Assembly: GCA_964106915.2 (NCBI GenBank)
Contig: OZ066914.1
Reading direction: 5' to 3' (one strand)
Origin: Podarcis gaigeae
Taxonomy: Eukaryota
DNA: 64,000 bases
Shown here: positions 61,774 to 64,000 of the stretch, one piece after another
Layout of the letters: every line of letters starts with the position of its first letter
How positions within the stretch are numbered: the first letter of the stretch is position 1
Notes under the pieces: generated by a model
The model's database searches: none
Seen by the model: only the letters and a program-made list of their open reading frames with translations
Told to the model about the DNA's origin: nothing
Made by a program: the position numbers and the translations under genes

Positions 61774-62231
61774 TTACGGTAGCACTGCCACTCAATTCAA
61801 TAGGAAGTGAACTGTGTGCAAGAATAGGATACTGTACCAGCAAAGCAACGATGTGTTCAAGTGAGCAGTCCGGTCTATGGCACAAGTTTTCCTCCCTATC
61901 CCAAATGTAAAACTTTTTTTTTTTTTTTTTGGTCAAGGCTCTAAACGACCATCACACTTTGTAAAAAGGAGGGCTACATTTGCAAAGGTACATTACCTAT
62001 CCGTCGAACCATAATTTGTTTCAAAAATGCACAAACTGAAGGTTGTAGGAAAATATTATTGCAAATAAACTATATAAAGATAAAATACGCTTTGAAGTTA
62101 GTTTTTACATTATTCTATAAAGTGCAGAGAAATCCTTCACACAGGGAACGAACTACCCCCTACGACAACAGGAGAAGTACAGCAGCTTTTGCATAGCATT
62201 ACTTAAGAGAAAGGTGTTTCCCTTCAATTCT

Positions 62232-62356
62232 TCAGGATGTAGGCGGTAGAGTCTCTTCTCGTTCTGATTGTTTCTTTGACACCAACAGGGCTGTGTCGGA
62301 AATGGTTGAAGACGCCAAGTCTCCATTGAGAGTATGCCTGGAACAGTATGTTGGTC
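62232..62356 (-). CDS. PLEKHA3: PLEKHA3 (FAPP1) last coding exon; absent from the ORF track
   Basis: ttgtag|GA CCA...: RPTYCSRHTLNGDLASSTISDTALLVSKKQSEREETLPPTS*; resembles the human C-terminus (..TLNGDLASATI..KKQSE..) as recalled; conserved synteny with TTN. Confidence 0.88.
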
Positions 62357-62743
62357 CTACAAAGAGACAGATCGGGGTTTGTTTTCAACTGCGCCTTTGA
62401 AAATGTTGCATTTAGTCATTTCGGCTTGATGGCACACGTTGCACACAAATGTTGTGCTCCATCCAATGTGCTCAGCACAGAACTCTAGGGTTGGAAGAGA
62501 TCAACATATGGCTGAAAGAAGCTTCTTAATCCCCCTTCATCTTTCCCTGCTAGACCTTGACAAGCTGGGTGCCTTATATAAAGTCAGACTATTTGACCAT
62601 CCAGCCCAGTCTTGTCAACCCTGATTGACTCTTCAGAGGTCCTTTTCCACACCTCCAAATGGGGCAGGGCATAAAGAGAAAGGATCTAAGTTCGCCCCAG
62701 TAAAAATATACAGGAATATTTTCAATTCTTACAAGTTATTAAG

Positions 62744-63250
62744 TGGGGCTACTTTGAAAGTGACTTGGAAACTACAACTAATTCAGAATGTGGCCGCTAG
62801 GCTGGTGACTGGGAGCAGCCACCCAGGACCACATAACACCAGTCCTAAATGATCCACATTGGTTCCAAGTATGTTTCCAAGGACATCAAGGTACTGGTGC
62901 TGACCTTTAAAAGCCTTGTCCCTGTATAATTGAAGGAACATCTCTACCCCCATTGTCTAGCCCAGACACTAAGATCCAGCTCTGAGGGCCTTCTGGTGGT
63001 TCCCTTGTTGTGAGTTGTGACGTGACAGGGAACCAGGCTTCTCGGTAGTGGTGCCCTCCCATCAGATGTCAAGGAGATTAATAACTATACAACTTTTAGA
63101 AGACATCTGAAGGCAGCTCTGTGTAAGGAGGTTTTTAAAGCTCAATGTCTTAGTGTGTTCTTCTATCTGCTGAAAACTGCCCAGAGTGTCTGGGGAAAAC
63201 CTAGTCAGATGGTAAGAGTACAAATAATAATTTTATTATTATTATTACTA
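62744..63250 (+). mobile_element. L2-type LINE 3' fragment in the last PLEKHA3 intron
   Basis: LKVTWKLQLIQNVAARLVTG...HITPVL; 3' part matches the reverse complement of 4856-5218; (ATT)n tail. Confidence 0.85.
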
Positions 63251-63773
63251 ATATTAAAAAGTCTAGAGCAAGTCTCCCAAACCTATTTCCATCAAGCACC
63301 AAATGATGAATACTGATATTTAGATAACCCACATCCCTGAATTTAATTTGTGGTATGTGTGCGCAGAGCAATCACTTGTAGGCAGCACATGTATGTTTAA
63401 TGGCCACATTTCCCTATGAGAAAAACAGGTGTGATCATCATTCCTGTATTTACTGTGAAAAAAACTCACTCCTATAAACTAACATGCACTTCACAATGGG
63501 CAGCAGCATGCCTGTGCTCCTAATTTTTCATTCCTACGTTCAAAAAGTATAGATGGAGTCCACATGGAGGCTCTTGAATGTGCCCAAAGGCACGATGCAA
63601 ATTCCTTGAGCACCCAGCTTGGCTAGGGCAATGCAGGAGACTATGTTGCTTGTTTCTGTAGCTGATTTGTTATAGGATAGATAATGGCCACGGAGTCTTC
63701 TATCTCAACGTAGAACAAGAATCCAACTGAAGCACAAAGATAGTAGAATGCACATGGGTACACCAGAACTTAC

Positions 63774-63889
63774 TGTCTATATCATCAGGGGGAACATCTA
63801 CAGAATGTTCTGGATCTAAGACTGTCCTTCTCCACCTTTGGGATAACCGGTGAGAGGATGAATTTGGTTCTTTTACAGAGTGACTGCTC
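63774..63889 (-). CDS. PLEKHA3: PLEKHA3 penultimate coding exon
   Basis: ttgcag|G AGC...GAC A|gtaagt; SSHSVKEPNSSSHRLSQRWRRTVLDPEHSVDVPPDDID; in phase with the last exon. Confidence 0.88.
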
Positions 63890-64000
63890 CTGCAAATGAA
63901 ATAGCATTGCACATTTCATTACGTGTCCTTAACACCCAAAGTTCTCTCCAGCTCATCTTACTTAATTTTAAAAATGGTCTTTGTTTGGTACACTTTCCTG

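Noticed and set aside
57539-61936. Short ORFs in the intergenic and PLEKHA3 UTR region (57539, 57611, 58093, 58638, 60008, 60291, 61682)
   Set aside because: Low-complexity, microsatellite- or SINE-derived; no recognisable domains or exon context.

Overview
Vertebrate genomic DNA, very likely a lizard: Sauria SINE, L2/CR1 LINE fragments and hAT MITEs suggest a squamate, possibly a lacertid. Positions 1-56.8 kb on the + strand are the 3' part of titin (TTN). I traced 51 coding exons by GT-AG boundaries (about 42.5 kb CDS, about 14,160 aa). They run from the end of C-zone super-repeat 1 (domain A48, numbered by counting back from the kinase) through the 17,103-nt giant A-band exon, P-zone, titin kinase and M-band to the stop at 55742-55744, followed by a ~1 kb 3'UTR with AATAAA at 56736. 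The last two coding exons of PLEKHA3 (FAPP1) lie convergently on the - strand at 62.2-63.9 kb, the same synteny as in mammals. Main observations: (1) M-band Ig domain M7, exon Mex2 and its two flanking introns are absent, so Mex1 and Mex3 form one in-frame exon; (2) the kinase ATP pocket and the autoinhibitory tail carry reciprocal small/large substitutions relative to human; (3) the 3'UTR holds three Pumilio elements and a string of short hairpins, two with identical stems; (4) a Sauria SINE inserted at an intron branch point. All human comparisons are from memory and need confirming by alignment. No prokaryotic, CRISPR or structural RNA genes were found.
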